From Camelus ferus (taxonomy: Eukaryota), in NCBI RefSeq assembly GCF_009834535.1, contig NC_045696.1, positions 13,766,001-13,830,000 of the forward strand: a stretch of DNA of 64,000 nucleotides, written 5' to 3'. Positions 52,200-64,000 of this stretch are shown piece after piece (the first letter of the stretch is position 1; the number at the start of each line of letters is the position of its first letter). Both the position numbers and the translations under genes were made by a program. The notes below the pieces were generated by a model that saw only the letters and a list, made by a program, of their open reading frames with translations, was not told the DNA's origin and ran no database searches.

Positions 52200-52420
52200 C
52201 TGTCAAATTAATGTGTTTACGGCTGCAAGTAACAGAATAGCTAAGTAAAGGTGGTTTAAAACATAGGAGTGTGTTATTTCACTATAATTGGAGTTCTGTA
52301 GTAGGAATTTTCCAGGATTAATTCAACAGCACTATGATGTCATTAAGGATCAAGATTTTTGCTTCTGTTTATCTTCACCATCTTTAGTACATTGACTAGC
52401 TTCCTGGCCTTTTCCCCACC
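52200..52420 (-). mobile_element. MaLR LTR fragment (MLT1J/K-like)
   Basis: 'ggctgcaagtaacagaa...ggtggtttaaaaca' is the typical end of old MLT1 elements. Confidence 0.55.
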
Positions 52421-55021
52421 CAAGTTCAAGTTCTCTCTTAATCAAGTAATCCTTAGCAACAGTTTGACCTTCATTATACAGAGAGCTGTGGCTAAGTTGC
52501 TTGCTTCATTGGTTTAGGTTTGGGGTGCAGTTCTCGGAAAAGGAGCTATGAGAATGAGGAATTATTTGTTACTACTTCACTGTGGTGAGGAGGAAATGGG
52601 GAATTTTTTTTAATTTTAAGTATTCAAATGATTACCAATAAATGATAACTATAAATAAATGGTTTAAAATCACCTTCCTAAGATCAAGTATCTTGCTTGC
52701 CTGAAAGAAGATATTTCCAGGGTCATGTCATCTGAGTAAAGCAGATTTTTGACACATAGTAATAAGCAAATTATTCTGAAGTCTGTCCAAACATGCAACT
52801 GAATCATACTCGTTCAGGAATAAATTGTTTTTTCACCATAGAGTTAAAGAATCAAATATGGAAATTGATGGCAGACTTCTAACATAAAAAGCTCACACAG
52901 AACTGAGATTTTTGGAAAGAGATATACAAGTATGTGACAAATTTATTTCATTTACAGATAGTATTCAAAAGTACTCTTAAAGAAACCACAGGGAAGAGGT
53001 TGGAGGAACACTGATATTCCTGGTTGTCTTGTGGACTTGGGAACACTATGTTAACTTTTTTAAGCAACTGAGGCTATTCCATTTTTCAGTATTCCTTATC
53101 AATGACAACTGTCGTGGCTGAATGAATACTGGTCTTCCAATTGCTTTGGTATCTTGCCCTGATCTTATCTCTAAACATTAGTAGTATCTCCAGCAGAACC
53201 CAATGGAGAAAGTTCCCATATCCTAAACCACTAAGTCTTCAACTACTCTTTATGACTGAGGAATATATAACGGCAATACAAATTTTTAATAATATTAATT
53301 AAGACCCAAACCCATATTTAGACCCTTCATGGCCTAGAGACCTGGCTAACGCTGCAGATGCTATGAGACCTCCTCTAACCTGGACCGGCCTGACCTCAAT
53401 AGCCCAGAGAACAAGTAGACCCCAAGCCTTCTTAGGGCCCTTTTCTCTAAGTTTTCATTCTATCCTTGGTCTGTAAGACTTCATCATGCAGCCACTGAAT
53501 ATGATATTAAGCAATTAATTTCAATTTCCTCATGTATAAAATTGAGATCATGGTACCTACCTCATAGGATTACACTGTGGAATTAGATATTAAATAAAAT
53601 ATGTTTTGGAATGCAGTACTTAACTTATGGTGGTTCTAGTGTTTGGTGTGAGCAGAAATTTACTAAGTATTTCTTTTCTTTTTTTTTTTTAAATATTTAG
53701 TTACCTCTGTTTTTTAATTGGATTAGCATTTTTCTCTTTTCCACTGCAGTACTTCATCAGTAAGTTGCTTTACCATAGTGCATATCAATCTTTATTTTTA
53801 TTGGATTAATTTATGCAAATGTCTAGATCTTTCAAATTCTGACTCAGAGTATGTATATCTGGCCCCTATATGATTTAGTTATATATCCTGACAATACTTT
53901 TAGATGTGCTATCAAAAAGATAGCATGAATTCAATAAAACATTTGAAAATTCAATCTGCAATGAAGTTTTCTTATTCTTATGTTTGGCTTTGTTACTTAG
54001 TCTTTCTAGTTAAAGAGGAAACTTGATGACATCTGTCACAACTCATCAACAAGTATGTTTAAAAGTGCAAAAAATGGATATTAATTACTATGAGGATTAA
54101 ACAAATGAAAAATAATCCCTAATATCAAGAGTGTTTTAGTAGTGATGGGGGGTGGGGGGAAGCGGTGTGCAAAGAGCTAAAATGCAAGGCAGAAAGACCT
54201 AGGTGCAGATAAAAACCCAGGCAAGAGTTACTATTGCTATTTAAATGCCTGATCTGCCTTGGGCATTCAATTTCTAATTCTTACAAGGAACTCTTCCAGG
54301 TAGGTATTATTAGCCACATTTTACATTAAAAATTAAAAGCAAAGTAAAACAAAACAACAACAAAACAAACCTAAAGCTTAGAGTGGTTAGGGAACATGCT
54401 GAAACTCTCATGTCAACATCAGCACCGATATCGTGACTTACATGTTTCGCATCTCAGTGCCTCCATAACCACCCATGGTCTTTTTGACAAGAGAGCATAT
54501 AGAAGTAAAGAATTTATTCTGATTGTCTTTGGACAGGCATGTCCAACAGATGGCATTTAAAAGATTGAAAGAACTTACAGTGAGGATGAGTAGAAAGGAA
54601 AAATCATTCTGAAAAATCTCCACAAACACATAGATAGGAGAGATGTGACAATGGAAGGTACATTTTCATGATTTCTAACTTATTTTCTATTTTAATCCAA
54701 GTTCTAGACAAGCCACAAAAATGCTCAAGGACTTTCTGACAGTGATACTTAGGGAAAAGGCAGTGCCTTCTACAAGATTCTTAGGAATGGACCATGAAGC
54801 AGAGCAAAGGATTCCTGAAAGGTTCATAACCCTCCTTGCAAATAAGCAGTTTTCTATGCTTTGCATAGAAGAATAAAACACGTATATCAGTTGGCTCAGG
54901 CTGCTCCTGGAAAGCCAAGATCACGTCCAAATAGTCCTGTTAGCCTCTGTAGACTCGTAGACAAAGAGGAGCCTTAGCAGATATATGATGCATGGATTAT
55001 TAACTCCCCCAATTTTTTTTT

Positions 55022-55026
<5 letters not shown>

Positions 55027-55054
<28 letters not shown>
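55027..55054. repeat. (TG)n microsatellite
   Basis: Read directly from the sequence. Confidence 0.92.
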
Positions 55055-55057
<3 letters not shown>

Positions 55058-57731
55058 AAAAAGGACTGCTTCTCTGTCTGATAAAATATTTGAGGGAAGG
55101 TTAGCATTTTGGAGGGCTTCACATCACAAAAGTTTGAGTTTTATCTATCTTATTTTAATGTCTATACTGAATTAAGACGATGACCATAATACCGTTTTCT
55201 TATTATCCACCCAGCTGGGTGTTGTAGGGAGAGACATAAAATATATTATCAGGTATAATATAATTTTATCTTGTTCACCTCACATACTACTGTGCCTGAT
55301 ACGATATATACAAACAAATACATGGTCATATGATATATCACATATACGTGTGTGCGTGTATATGTGTGTATGTGTGTGTGTATTCATTGAAGAAACAAAG
55401 AGCCAGGCACAGATGAAAGTAAGACTTTGCATTTTCTAGGAACAGTTGTTTAAAACAAATAACTTTTTTTTTTCTGAATTCTGGAAACACAGAAGAAAAC
55501 AAATAAATGAACAAGCAAACAATGAGTAATTTTCAATGTTTTGCAGTCATAGGTTTAAGTCTGAGCGTTATTTGTCACATAGAGTAAGCCTCCTCATTTT
55601 GCTCCTCTGCCTCTAATGCCCACCTACTTCTGGCATCTTCTAATCATTCCTTTGCAGTTATGCTTAATAAGATACAATCATGAATGACTTACAGGTATTT
55701 AAAATTTGGAAAAATTTATTGAGTTTTAAGAGATGATTCTACCCTATTAACTTTGGCAGAGCAAAATTGAGGGTCTGTCGTCTCTTTAAAAGATGAATAA
55801 TTTAACAAGGAAAAGACTGATCAGTCCCCTTCTTGTCGTTTGCTAGGAAAATTTTTTTGAATAATTGACTGCCAAAGTGTCATATCAGTAAATCAACACA
55901 CAGAATAAATAAATGGATTTTTGTAACTAAGTTGTCCTTCTCACTAGAAATAGGTAACCAAGCCCTTTTAAACTTGGTATTAAATTAGCGTTGGCCCAGA
56001 TATTTTAATTTCTTAAATAAATTAATAGTCTACTGGCTCTGTTTTGGACACTCTGCCTTAGATATTGAACATAGGCAGAAGGGGAGAAGTATTCATAGTA
56101 ATTAAAAGTATTACTAGTAATTAAATGACCCCAGAGATCTCAGCCAATGAAGATCCAGGGTAGTCAGGATATAAGGAAGGACTTTGAGATGTTAAATATT
56201 GGACCAGATATGTCAATGAAGGCATTGTCCACTTTAGGACAGGATGTTTAATATTCTATCTGCTAAGCTTACTGTAGGGCCTTGGGAAAGATGGAAGGAT
56301 GGAAGTTTGAGTGGCTGCATGAATTAAATTTTGGATGATACTTCTCTCTCCAGAAAGATTACCATCATGACAGTTCTAGATAGATTTAGGACTGATGAAC
56401 ATGCTTTACCACATAGTTCAGGTTTTATTTAATGCTTTATAATAATGGTGCTAGAATTCCTACTTACAATGTGAAAATTTAAGAGGCAGTTTTTTGGGGG
56501 GAAAAGAGATCATGTCCCTGGGGCCTTCCACAGAATGTGACCTATTTGCACAATCAGTGGAAACTTGCAGTGGCGCAAGGGATATTCTTAATGAAATTAA
56601 CTCCCTCATCAACTCAAAGTCTAAAAGGAGAATTAACAGATTAATGTAAGCACAATTTCATAGATAGGTGGGACTTTTAGTTAAAATTATTCCTTAAAAT
56701 GTCTTTATTATATAAATATTTCAAGAAGATATTTGCATTGAAATAAATTCACAGACATTGATAGTGACAAATAAATTAATATCTCTTCCTTCCCACCTCT
56801 CACTGCACTTACTTCTTCTCAAATACCTCGTTTTCCAGAGGTAAACACCATTCCAGTTTGCTGTGTGTCCTTCCAGGACTTCTTCCTATGTATTTTCATA
56901 TATTTATGAATATTTTAAAAATCATAAATATTTGAATTTTTCTCCTCCAACTCCTTTTTCACATATAATGTTTATTGTCTACACTATTCTATTACTTTTT
57001 CAAAAATTAATAATATCTCCTGAAGATCATTCCTTGTCAATATGCATGGACCGCACACATTCTCAATATGGAAGTCTGTTACTTTATATTATAGATGTAC
57101 TATAAATTAATTAGTTGATCTGTTTATTCTTCTATGGATCAAAAGGTTGAAAAATTATCTTTCCTAGTTCATGGTGTATTATTATCATTGGTCTTTGCAA
57201 AACCTTCCCTAGTAGAGGTTGATTTATCATCCTTCCATCCTGATTTCTGTGAATGTACTGGGCTAGTATTGCTGGATATTTTCTGTCATGGGGCGGGTAA
57301 TGATCCTTCCAGGACATTTAGAAATGAGAACAGTGCGCACGTAAATCAATATCCCATGACCTTTCTCTCTCTCTATTTTTGGCACCAAAAATTCTGCTCT
57401 AAGTTGTCATTTTCCTACACATGGACAGAACCATTTTCTTATTCCCCTGATGTTTCTCAGAGTTTCTGCATAACTTGCTCAGTGGCATCCCCATCTCTTT
57501 CTTTTCTCAGTTATATCCCCATGGATGGCTTTGAGAGAGTTATCGTCACATCCTACTTATCCATCTTCTCTCATCTTGCTATCTTAATTCCACTATTAAT
57601 GATGCATCTGCTGACATCATTTACCTTAAAGGCATTGTTGAATGAAGATCCTTAAAATGTATTCTGTGAATATGTTCACATATTCATCAGTGGTAATAAT
57701 GACAATAATAATAGTAAAAATAATAGTAGCT

Positions 57732-57904
57732 GGGGAAGGGTATAGCTCAGTGGTAGAGTGCATACTTAGCATGCACTGAGTTTCTGGGTTCGGTCCCTAG
57801 TGCCCCCATTAAAAAAATCAATAAATAAAGCTAATTACCTCCCTCCAAAAAAACAGACAAACTAAAAAAAAAAAAAAAAAAGACAAACTAAAAAAAAAAA
57901 AAAC
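57732..57904 (+). mobile_element. tRNA-Ala-derived SINE (Vic-1-like) at the end of a MIR
   Basis: Head 'ggggaagggtatagctcagtggtagagtgcatacttagcatgcac', tail 'ctaattacctccc' and poly(A). TSD aataatagta(a)gct. Confidence 0.88.
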
Positions 57905-59367
57905 AATAATAGTAAGCTACTTCATGTCTACTCTTTAAGACACGTGTATTGACTCATTAAGTCTTTTTAACCACTCAATGAAGTGAACATTATTGTAATC
58001 TTCATTGTTCCATAAAGACATTGACCACAAAGAGACTAAATAAACTATCCATGGCCACATCGTGGAAGGACTACAGTCTCAGCCCAGCCAGTTCCGTTCC
58101 AGGGGCTGTGCTGTAACCACTGCCCTGCACTGCACCAACGTGTGGGAGCCCTGATCCAAACGATCCACATTTTCTAAATTTTAACAGCTAACGTCAAATT
58201 GCCCTTAAAATCACTTTCTATAAATTTAACTCCCAGCAGAGCCTAACAGCGAGTGGTACTTTTAGTCTTTATTTTTGTCTATCTGATTAAGAAAAAAAAA
58301 ATCTCAAGATTTAAAATTTGTATATCTACTGGCAAATCTTCAGCTAGACAAATACATTGAATTCTTCAGAGTATTAGCCTGAATTGTTGAATGTTGGACT
58401 TGAAAGAGAATATAGAGATGTACTCTAGGCTTTTATTTTATTAATGAGAAACCTGAGTATCTGAGAGATTATATGACTTCCACCAATTCCCACAGAGTTG
58501 ATTATAAGATTTGAGGGAAGCTCAGATGTTCTGTCTCTCTTTTTTGTGCTATTTTTGCCAATCCAAACTGCCTCCTTTAGTAACTTCCCTTGGTAATCAC
58601 GCTTACTTATAGGATCCCATGTTAATTACCATAAAGCTGTACCAAGACACTGCCCTGGGCTTCCAATACTTTACTCAAGCACAAAGAAGGCATCTGGAAG
58701 GCAGGTTCTAGGATAATTGTACTGTTTTCTAACCCTTAGTACAATCTTCACAGAGAACAAAACACTAAGAGAATGGAGAATGAAGGTCAACCCTATCTGT
58801 AGAATCGGCCCACGTTCCCGGCTATCCCTTGAAGGTGTTTAACACTTGTTTATGCTACGAGTTCCATGATTACAAAATCAGCCATACGTCATCCACAGCA
58901 TTAACGACAGAGAAAACAAGTGGAATTGTGGAACTGGAATGGATGGCAGAATTCATTTAGATTTAGGCTGATAACTCCATATGCCAGATAAGTGTTTCAG
59001 GTCTAGAGATGCCAAATGACTTGTCAAAACTAACACTGCTAGTTACTATCAGACCACAATCGGAATTTGTTTTCTATTTACAGATTTCCGTCCAACTAAA
59101 ATTAATCCCCCCAACTCACTCAACAAAATGTTTATTAAAGTAGTACTGATTGCCAAACACTAACCTGGGCACTGAAGATCTGATGGCAATGAATCCACTC
59201 AACTCACTCAGATATGGAAAATGTCTCTGTGGCACTGCCTGTTTGATCAGGTAAGGGGATGTGGGAAATAACTTTCATACAGCTCTTGGTGCTTACTTCC
59301 ACCTTGCAAGGGTTCCATTAAGGTAACACTCTGGGCTTCCATCTGCCCATCAGGCAGGTAAAGGGAG

Positions 59368-59422
59368 TTTTTGGTTTTTGTTTTTGTTTTTGTTTTTGTT
59401 TTTGTTTTGGTTTTTGTTTTTT
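59368..59422. repeat. (TTTTTG)n hexanucleotide repeat
   Basis: Read directly from the sequence. Confidence 0.9.
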
Positions 59423-60230
59423 TCAATCTGATTGGTGTGTTTGGATAGGAATTGAGCATGTCTTATTCAGTACCTTCTCTCCTTCTTGTCAGAAAACTTC
59501 AGTTCTGCCCTGCTCCTCTCCTAAGTATGATGAAACCACTGGTCCCATCATGGTTTAATTCTGGGGTTAATATCAGGATTGCCACTTGCCTTCAGATAGA
59601 AGCCCCTTCTCTGCAAGTGATTATTTTAGTAGTAAAAGTGGCAGTTTACTCTCATTTGCTGACCTTTTTATCTAATTTTTCTATTGGTTCAGAAGTTGCA
59701 GAGGAATGGGGATGCTATATTTTGGACCACCATTAAAACCTAACAAATCAATTCAGATCAACTTCTGTGACAGCAAAAATCTAAGGTCCTATCCAGACAC
59801 GTAGGAGGAACTCAGAAGATAAAAAAGTTACACTAAAGAACTAATTTTAGGTCATTTGGTTGCTGCCTATGTTTTGTTTGCTTTTAATAATGGGCCAGTC
59901 TTGCTTTAGAATCGATGCCCTTTTACATTAAACTAGTATTATGAGTCATTATAGAGGGATTTTGTTTTTTTTAAATAGTGTTTGCCTATCTTGAAACTCA
60001 CCCAACAGCTTCTTGGCTGATACAGGTGTGGGGTGGTCTTCCACAGCATGAGACTCTGCAGCAGACTTAAAGCAAAGGCCTAAAGTATTTTTTTATTTAA
60101 GGAAAAAAGACACAAAATCTTTTGCCAGACATACAATATTATATGCACTTAATGATTTTATAGATGGAAGCTAAAATGACAAACATAGAGCATAGACAAG
60201 AAGTTCACACAGACAGGCACAGAATCAGTC

Positions 60231-61378
60231 TGTGATGGTTACTAAGCTATTGGCTCTGAATTTTAAAACTATCATTCTATTTATATGTAGTAGAGTGTAT
60301 CTGTTAATCCCAGACTCCTAATTTATCCCTCCCCCACTTTCGCCTTTGGTAACCATAGTTAGTTTTCTGTCAGTGAGTCTATTTGTGGTTTATAAATAAA
60401 ATTTGTATCTTTTTTTTAGATCCCACCTATAGGTAATATCATATGATATTTATCTTTCTCTGACTTCACTTAATATGATAATCTCTAGGTTCATCCATGT
60501 TGCTGCAAATGGCATTATTTCATTCTTTTTATGGCTGAGTAAAATTCCATTGTATATAACCACATCTTCTCTATCCATTCATCTGTCGATGGACATTTAG
60601 GTCATTTCCATGTCTTAAACAGCAAGGACCTACTGTATAGCACAGGGAACTATTTTCAATTTCTTGTAATAAGCCATAATGGAAAAGAATCTGAAAATGT
60701 AAGTATATACGTATGTGTATGTATAACTGAATCACTTTGCTGTACAACTGAAACAAACGCTGTAAATCACCTATACGTCAATAAAAAATAAAGTTAAAAA
60801 AACTACCATTCTATACTTTGCTTGGGACGTTCTGGCTGAGAATCTGAAAACCATATTTCTCCTCTGTCAGCTGTTCCCTGTTAAGTTCTGTTGATTTGGG
60901 GCACGAGAGGGCAACTGGGAGGCTGGAGGAGGAAGAAGGCATCTACTTCTTCCTGTTTGGTTTTCTGTTCCTGTTCACGTCACCTTGCCAATGACAATTG
61001 GATCCACTCTCCCCACTGAACTCCACCTCCCTGTTCCTCCAGAGACACAAGCACCACTGAGCAGTAGCCCCCTCCCCCGCTCCTCAGAGGTCTGGTTCCC
61101 AACTCCACAGGGTCCCCCAAGCTCCACCAGTGCCTCCCTTCAGAGGTCTGAGTCTCATTCACCTGGCTCTACTCACTACTAGGATCTAATAACCACAACT
61201 TCTTCTCTTTGTCCCCCAGTCCTAGGGCTGGGGCAGCTTCCTGCAGCTACTAACCTTGTCCGGCGTGACGTTTCCTTTTGCCTTTTCTGTCCTCTAATAC
61301 TTGTTTAACCATGTCTCTGTGTTAAATTGCCATGGTTTCTGTTCTTCTGCATGGACCCCCAGTAGCTGCAGAAATACT
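60231..61378 (+). mobile_element. ERVL LTR (LTR41/LTR33A-like) split by an L1 insertion
   Basis: 'tgtgatggtt...cattctat|actttgcttgggacgttctggctgagaatctgaaaacc...ggggcacgagagggcaactgggaggctggaggagg...cctagggctggggcagcttcctgcagct'. Confidence 0.7.
60281..60798 (+). mobile_element. 5'-inverted (twin-primed) L1 insertion with 16-bp TSD
   Basis: An antisense L1 segment (~60276-60616) is joined to a sense 3' end (60617-60798) with an A-rich tail. TSD aaaacta(t/c)cattctat at 60265-60280 and 60799-60814. Confidence 0.88.
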
Positions 61379-61784
61379 AGTCATAACTTAGACATTCAGG
61401 AAAAAAGATTGAACTCCCAAATGGTCAATCTCCAACCATTCTGGGTCCACAGTTGGAAGATGACAACAAATATAATACCCAGGCGAGACCTAGAACACGC
61501 CGGCATTCCCCTTCATCAGATCAGTTAATCCTTGAGCTGAGTCATGCTCAGTAACACTTCTAGAAGGAAAGTGCTCAAGGAATAACAGCATACTCATCCC
61601 ACAATATCTGTATCTGCCGTTAGAGCCAGGGCAAAAAGCAGAGATCTCAGTATTACGGGTACTGAGAGATTAGCTTAAAGCAATCCTGCACTCTTAAAAC
61701 TTGTTTCTCAAATACATTATCTTACGTTGAATATTGCCTCCAGGGAAGAGTAAATCTAGAAAGAGAGAGGGGAGAGAAGCTCTA

Positions 61785-62154
61785 CAGTCATCTTCCAAAT
61801 CCATGGGTTCCATTGTCCATGGAATCAGTCAACCGAGGGTTGAAAATATTTGGAGGAAAAAAAATTCAGAAAATTCCAAAAAGCAAAATTTGAATTTGTC
61901 TCACTCCAGAAACTGACAACAATTGACATAACATTTATTTTGTATTTACAGCTAACTTCATAGCATTTGCCTTGTATTGGTAAATTATATGTAGTAAATT
62001 ATGTCATCTAGAGATGATTTAAAGTATACAGGAGGCTGTGCACAGGTTACATACAAAGACGACATCATTTTATAAAAGGGACTTCAGCATCTTCAGATTT
62101 TGGCATCCATGGGGGTCCTGGAACCAATCCCCTGGGAACACAGAGGGGTGACTC
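61785..62154 (-). mobile_element. MER2-type TcMar-Tigger non-autonomous DNA transposon
   Basis: TA-flanked CAGTC...GACT(C) termini and core 'tctagagatgatttaaagtatacaggagg...gggggtcctggaaccaatcccc'. Confidence 0.85.
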
Positions 62155-64000
62155 TACCTGGTCCTGCTTTACACTGAAGTATCATCACTTGGAGTGATTT
62201 TAGCAACCAAAACTCACTCTGGAGTTTTAGAAGCTACTTAAAAAATTCTTCACATTGCATTTTTTCATCTGTAAAATGTCACCCTATTTGAAGGTGACTT
62301 ATCTGCTATCTTCCTCTGCCCTTGCCCCTGCCCCTGTAATCAGGTTCCTTTCTGCTGCCTGGTTACAATAAACATTTCATCTTTGGAATTCCTGGAATTT
62401 CTAAGTAAGATGATTTCATCTTTCAGTGTGTCTGTCTTCTCTTTGTCTTTTCCTTTTTTTCCTTTTTTTTTTTTTTTTTTTTTTTTTGCCTTTGAAGATA
62501 AACAGACAAGAGCTCCAGATCTTCACATGAGGATAGTATGTATGAGTTAGTAATCCTTCCCTCCCACTGTTGGAAGGAGTCCAGATCCCAGCCCCACAAA
62601 ACTCAAGTTAAGATGTTGCTTGAAAAAATATGTCAGACTTTTATTATTTTACTCTTTTGAGAGGTTAATCAGCTGTAGAGATTAAATGATCAACATTAGC
62701 ATGTACCTTGTTACTGCCCTATTATGACATTAGTGTCTACAGCTGTGAAATACGATCTGCCAGACATCAGGGGCAGGCGTGTAGTGAAGTTTAACAGTCT
62801 GGCCCGAGGGCCAGGCAGGTTTGACTAGTGAACATAGCTCTACATGTTTTACGAGAGGGGTGGAGTCTCTCAGTTAAAATGACCAGCAGTCTGCAGCTTC
62901 TCAGAAAATCAACTCACAGGGAAAATTCAGATCTCCTATGGGTGACTCATTTGCTTCCCTTTCTTTCAGACATAAACTAGCATTAGCCAAAATGCCGTGT
63001 CTTGAGGAAATACGTAAGCTAGGTGTAAAACTTTTACTACTAACTCCTGGCAGTTTGATAATTAGGGTGTACCAGAACCAAGGCCATCTCTCGTTATTAA
63101 ATGGCCTACTGGCCACATGTAATTACAGTCTGCCTGTATCATTAGAAGTCATTGGCTGGGCTTGGGTGGGTCCTGATAAGCACTTTGGGAAGGGGACACA
63201 GGGAAGGCGTAGCCAAACATCATAAAAGATTTTAACACGGGTTATATCGAGAATATTAGAATCATCATATTTTAGAGGTGTAAGGGCTCATTAAATTCAA
63301 CCTCCTCATTTACTGCTAGGGGAACTGAGATCCAGAGAGAATATGTGTTTGTGTTAGTCACACAGCTACGCAGTGGCAAAATCAGGTCGAGAGAATGGTC
63401 TTCTGACTCCAAGCCAAGTTCCCGTGTATGATCAGGCACTTCTTCCCTTGTCCCTAACCATCCGTCTCCGTTTGCTGCAGTGACAGGCCACGCTCTAATT
63501 ACTTCCCACAAACATGCATGCTTTCCCGGGGGTCACCAGGTAACCATCTAAATGGCCTTTAGTTTTTGTATAGGAGAGTTGAAGGACTGCTCACCTACAA
63601 AAACGCATTAGTTTTCTGTTTCAAAGACATAGACGTAAATGGTTTTGCTGAAATTATTTTTTGGCTCTATGTTCTGTTGCAAGATGGCAAAATTATTAAA
63701 GGCCCCCTTGGAGTCAGACACAGAGACAGAGACCTCCACGTGATCAGACAAAAAATGTTTTAGCGTCAACACAACGCCTCTAACTCCTTCCTCGTTGGCC
63801 AGTGATCATGAAAACTATCTGCCCTTAACAGCTTATTTTAGGACATACTGCATTGACCTTTCTAATATTTCATACAAGGAAATAATGGTAAATATCTGTA
63901 AACTTTCAGGAATAGAATAGGTACACGAAAATTGATTAACAGACGTCGATTGCATGAAATGTTGTTTTGCAACCACTGGAAGCAAGAGATCTTCAGGGCT

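Noticed and set aside
9524..57904. tRNA-Ala(AGC)-like sequences as genuine tRNA genes
   Set aside because: All five have A-rich tails, TSDs and stem-disrupting substitutions, so they are SINEs.
1..64000. CLDN17, KRTAP genes or a second claudin paralog
   Set aside because: No second claudin signature and no Cys-rich or Gly/Tyr-rich KRTAP-like ORF is visible. These genes probably lie outside the window.
1..64000. CRISPR arrays, operons or other prokaryotic-type systems
   Set aside because: The sequence is mammalian, with no regularly spaced repeat-spacer structure or dense ORF clusters.

Overview
This is AT-rich, CpG-poor mammalian genomic DNA. It is most likely camelid, inferred from five tRNA-Ala-derived SINEs resembling the camelid Vic-1 family plus artiodactyl-type L1 3' ends. 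The only supportable protein-coding gene is the intronless claudin-8 (CLDN8, minus strand, 11287-11964), with a proximal promoter at about 12100-12360 and poly(A) signals near 10002 and 10087. The rest is intergenic and rich in repeats: L1 3' fragments (one with a twin-priming 5' inversion), old L1M/HAL1-like and L2 remnants, MIRs, ERV1/ERVL/MaLR solo LTRs (some nested), MER20 and MER2 DNA transposons, and microsatellites. By recalled human synteny, CLDN17 would lie to the left and the KRTAP cluster to the right, both outside this window. I found no convincing novel multi-gene system. The best leads are the ECL2 toxin-binding motif of this CLDN8, the observation that all five young SINEs sit in MIRs, and a well-formed cryptic exon upstream of CLDN8. 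Repeat family names come from recalled consensus sequences and need RepeatMasker/Dfam confirmation.
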